DNA of 64,000 nt from an uncultured Chlamydiae bacterium (lineage in GTDB: Bacteria > Chlamydiota > Chlamydiia > Chlamydiales > SM23-39): positions 384,001 to 448,000 of the forward strand of contig CAVSSM010000001.1 in NCBI GenBank assembly GCA_963730605.1, read 5' to 3'. How positions within the stretch are numbered: the first letter of the stretch is position 1; each line of letters begins with the position of its first letter. The notes under the pieces are model-generated. The model was not told the origin of the DNA, did not search any database, and was given only the letters and a program-made list of their open reading frames with translations. A program made the position numbers and the translations under genes. Positions 60,302 through 64,000 of this stretch are shown here, piece after piece.

Positions 60302-61418
60302 GTCTGAATTTGTTGTCAAAAACCATCCGCCAAAGCGAGCTGAAGATACGTTACAAGACGCTTGCCCCCCTGTCAATAAAGAGCTGGCTCAATGCTGCCT
60401 TTTCCTGAATGAGGCCCTCAAAAATGTCCAGGATGCCTTTATGTTCATCAATCTCTCTGGGACACTCCTCGTTGCCAATGAGGCAGCCTCTAAATTCTTT
60501 TCCCTGCCGGCCGTTCCTGTGGGGCGAAAATTTTGGGATCTCTTTGCCGATGACTATTTCGGTTTTTCGATGAGGGAATCACTGGCATTCGGCCTAGCAC
60601 GCCGCCTCATCTATAAAAGCCATAGGCCCTTAGAACTGGAAATATCGGCCTCCTTCCTTTTTGTTGGGCCGCTTTTTGCCCATGGCCTTGCCCTCATTGC
60701 TCGCGATATCAGCGAGCGGCTGCGGCTGCAGGCGAGAGGCCATCAGAATGACCGAATGAGAGACTTAGGCATTATGGCGGCTCAAGTGGCTCATGAGATT
60801 CGCAACTCGCTGGGAGGGATCCGGGGATTTGCGTCGCTACTCTCTCGCGATCTTCGCGAAGAGCCCCATTTGAAGGAGATGGCCGCAGCGATTATCGAAG
60901 GGACCAAGGCGTTGGAAAAACTCGTGGCGGGACTCCTCCATTACGCCCGGCCCATCCAGCTTCAGCCAGAGACAAAAGATCTCAGAGTCTTGATCAAGGA
61001 GACCGCCAAATTCGCTGAGGTGGATCCGTCGTTTCCTCCTTCGGTGAAAATGACGCTCCATATCCCCAACGATCCGGCCTTAGCGCCTGTCGACGGCCAA
61101 GCGTTCAAATCCGCTCTTTTGAATCTGATCTTCAACGCGGTGCAAGCGATGCCCGATGGAGGCCGCCTAACTCTTTCACTGCTTAAAGTAGAAGGGTGCT
61201 GTCAAATCGAGGTCGCCGATACGGGGATCGGGATGGACTCGGACACTCTCGAGCATCTTTTTTCTCCCTTTTTCACGACAAAGAAAAAGGGAAACGGCCT
61301 CGGGCTTGTCGAAACAGAAAAAATCGTAAAAGCGCATAGAGGCTCGATCGATGTCCGCTCTCAAATTGGAAGGGGATCTACCTTCACCATCACATTGCCT
61401 CTAAGGAGAGGGACATGA
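60300..61418 (+). CDS. PAS-domain sensor histidine kinase (AtoS/CtcB-like)
   Basis: H-box AHEIRNSLGGI, N-box NLIFNAVQAM, G1 DTGIGM, G2 GNGLGL; start codon uncertain. Confidence 0.92.
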   Translation: MSEFVVKNHPPKRAEDTLQDACPPVNKELAQCCLFLNEALKNVQDAFMFINLSGTLLVANEAASKFFSLPAVPVGRKFWDLFADDYFGFSMRESLAFGLARRLIYKSHRPLELEISASFLFVGPLFAHGLALIARDISERLRLQARGHQNDRMRDLGIMAAQVAHEIRNSLGGIRGFASLLSRDLREEPHLKEMAAAIIEGTKALEKLVAGLLHYARPIQLQPETKDLRVLIKETAKFAEVDPSFPPSVKMTLHIPNDPALAPVDGQAFKSALLNLIFNAVQAMPDGGRLTLSLLKVEGCCQIEVADTGIGMDSDTLEHLFSPFFTTKKKGNGLGLVETEKIVKAHRGSIDVRSQIGRGSTFTITLPLRRGT

Positions 61419-62753
61419 TTGAAAAAATACTCGTCGCAGACGACGATCCCCTGATGCTCCGCTTCATTGCCGAGACGCTGCGGCGCCGCGGGAAAGAAGT
61501 GTCTACCGCCAAAAATGGCTTTGAGGCGATCCGGATGATGGAGATAGAGCCCTACGATTTGCTCATAAGCGACGTGAGGATGCCTGTGAAAAGCGGCGTC
61601 GAGGTCATGTTGGCCATGAAAAAACTCCATCCCTACGGCCTCTCCATATTGATGACAGCTCACGGCAGTATCGAAGCCGCTGTCGAGGCGATACGCCTCG
61701 GGGCGTTCAACTACCTTTTGAAGCCGTTTTCTCCCGATGCTCTCGAGACGGCCGTGCAAAAAGCCGAAGAGCATGTGCGGCTGGTCAAAGAGAACCGGTT
61801 TCTGAAAGAGGAAAAGGATTTCCGCTTAGTGGCCAAAAGCGCTGAGATGCAGCGGATCGTCCAGGATTTGGAAAAGATTGCTCGTTCGAACGCCAGTGTT
61901 TTCATCACAGGAGAATCAGGCACAGGCAAAGAGGTCGTTGCGGCAGAGATCCACCGCCGCTCCATCCGTTCGTCCTCTCCATTCATCAAAGTCAACTGCG
62001 CAGCCATCCCCGAAACCCTCGTCGAATCTGAATTTTTTGGACATGAACGGGGGGCCTTTACCGGCGCCGTCGTAAAAAAGACGGGGCGTTTCGAGCTCGC
62101 CGACAAAGGGACCCTTTTCCTCGATGAAGTGACCGAAATCCCTATCGTTTTACAGCCAAAACTCCTCCGAGCAATCCAAGAGCAAGAATTCGAACGGGTG
62201 GGAGGAACAAAGCCGGTCAAAGTGAACGTCCGGTTTCTTGCCGCCTCGAACCGGAGCGTGCAGGAAGCGATCGAGACCAAGACGCTGCGAGACGACCTTT
62301 ACTATCGCTTAAGCGTCATACCAATCCATATCCCTCCGCTAAGAGCCCGCACTGAAGATATTTTGCCCTTAGCTCTCCATTTTCTTGAAAAAGCCTGCGC
62401 GGAAAACCATAAACCAGCCAAAACCTTTACCGAAAGAGCGGTCGAGAAATTACTCAAATACTCTTGGCCAGGCAACGCGAGGGAACTCTCGAACATCATC
62501 GAGAGAACCGTCAGTGCTCGACTTCGATCCGGTCATCGATGCAGAGCATCTCTATTTGGAGCGGGAAGAAAAGCCGCCCGGAAAAGACATTTGTCCAGGA
62601 ATTACGCTACACGAATTGGAAAAGCGGCTGATTTTGGACACCTTCGAAGCGTATCATCAAAACCGAACGAAAACGGCATCTGTTCTCGGCATTAGTGTCC
62701 GCACTCTCAGGAACAAACTGCACGAATACGGCCTCGAGGGCAACGGGTTTTAG
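61415..62753 (+). CDS. Sigma-54 dependent response regulator (AtoC/CtcC-like), with a frameshift near 62514
   Basis: REC domain, GESGTGKE, GAFTGA, WPGNARELSN; Fis-type HTH (QNRTKTASVLGISVRTLRNKL) lies in another frame. Confidence 0.9.
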
Positions 62754-62918
62754 AACAATACTTGACGTACTATTAACCTGAGTTTTGGGTTCATTTGCCT
62801 GAGCTTCAATTTCTTTCGGCATCTTTTTGACTTTTCGCCTCGGCAAGATGCTCGTCCCGATATTGCTCTCGGCTCCAAAGCGCAAAAATATGCTCGAAAT
62901 ATCCTTGAATCTCATAGA

Positions 62919-62950
62919 CTCGACTTTGTACAATTTTTGGCGAGCAGATC
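62919..62950. repeat. MITE family A left fragment, interrupted by ISAs1
   Basis: CTCGACTTTGTACAATTTTTGGCGAGCAGATC, identical to the reverse complement of 16977..17008. Confidence 0.85.
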
Positions 62951-64000
62951 CAGGGCGAGCGCATCAAAAAAACAGCATTTTTCTAGTCCGTACCTCCCTA
63001 CTTTATTGACTGTTGAGTAAAAATTTTACGATCATAGACGCCTTTTTCAGGAGGCACTATGATTCAAGCAACCAACATTAGCATTTACATCGAGATGATT
63101 CCCGATCCACGAACCTGTCGGTTGGACCACGACTTCGTTGGTATTGTGACGATTGCGTTACTGGCCAAGATTTGTGGCGCTGAGGGATGGGAAGATATGG
63201 AGGAATTTGGGTTAAGCCGTATCGATTGGCTCCAATCCTTCCTCGAGTTACGAGCTGGTATCCCATCACCAGACACCTTTCGGCGGGTTATTTGCCACAT
63301 TGATCCGACCGCATTTCTAGAGGCATTCTTGGAATGGATTAAAGCGGTACAGAACATCGTTCCTGAATTGATAAATATAGATGGGAAGACTCTCCGATCT
63401 GCGTCAAAACGAGGAGAACACTCCCTCCATATTGTCTCTGCCTGGTGTGATAAAAACCATATGGTTTTGGGACACCTTCGCAATGATTCCAAGTCCAATG
63501 AGGTCAAGGCGATCCCCGAGTTGCTCAAGCAACTGGTGTTGCCGGAAGGTAGCATCGTCACGATAGACGCAGCAGGCACACAGAAAAATATCGCCAGTCA
63601 GATACGCGATATGGGAGCGGATTATGTATTAGCCCTGAAGGCAAATCAACCCACCCTTCAGGATGAAGTGGCGAATTATTTCGACCAGGCAGCAGAGGCC
63701 GGAGATGAATATGCACCGTTGAACATTTTTCAAACGGAGGAGAGAGGTCATGGACGAATGGAGTTCAGAAAGATTTATGCGACGGATGATTTGGACTGGT
63801 TGCCTCAGAAGAACGAGTGGGTGGGCCTACGGTCTATCATCAAATTAGACTCGGTGAGATGGGCAGAGGGCAAAAGACAACAGGAAATCAAGTATTACAT
63901 CAGCAGTTTACCACCCGAAGCGGAAACCCTCTCTCGTGTGATTAGAGGGCATTGGAGCATTGAGAGCAGATGTCATTGGGTATTGGATGTGGTATTCGCC
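62951..64000 (+). mobile_element. ISAs1-family element; transposase from 63059 runs off the window
   Basis: Left end CAGGGCGAGCGCATC; IPDPR, GIPSPDTFRRV, IDGKTLR, SKSNEVKAIPELL, VTIDA, YVLALKANQ, IRGHWSIE. Confidence 0.93.

Noticed and set aside
60299..60302. Divergent genes sharing a CATG start
   Set aside because: Both start codons are uncertain, so this may be coincidence

Overview
The window looks like an environmental Chlamydiae (Parachlamydiales/Rhabdochlamydia-like) chromosome. This is inferred from the flanking core genes: GNAT-GNAT-prfB-fliY-like-hemH on the left, and tRNA-Leu, a CT465-like lipoprotein and an AtoS/AtoC-like two-component pair on the right. Between them lies about 55 kb of accessory DNA: (1) a complete de novo UMP operon (carA-carB-GT9-pyrB-pyrI-pyrC-pyrD-like-pyrE-pyrF-GT2) bracketed by two toxin-antitoxin modules; (2) a decayed nest of a group II intron, palindromic MITEs and IS1 in front of a broken ada and tag; (3) an AT-rich block with a methyltransferase/DUF2156-like pair and a triple-repeat caspase-fold (clan CD-like) protein directly upstream of a serpin; (4) a MacAB/DevBCA-type exporter, a Ppx/GppA-like gene and a domain-permuted PEP-synthase/RPH-like dikinase; (5) many IS elements (IS4, IS630, IS5, IS3, ISAs1); (6) tandem serine-recombinase islands associated with structured tRNA-Leu 3'-end decoy cassettes, whose att arms encode the missing recombinase C-terminus. 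At least five unrelated families of 144-179 bp palindromic elements are present, and one appears to supply the pyrF start codon. All calls come from reading motifs by eye; no database searches were run.
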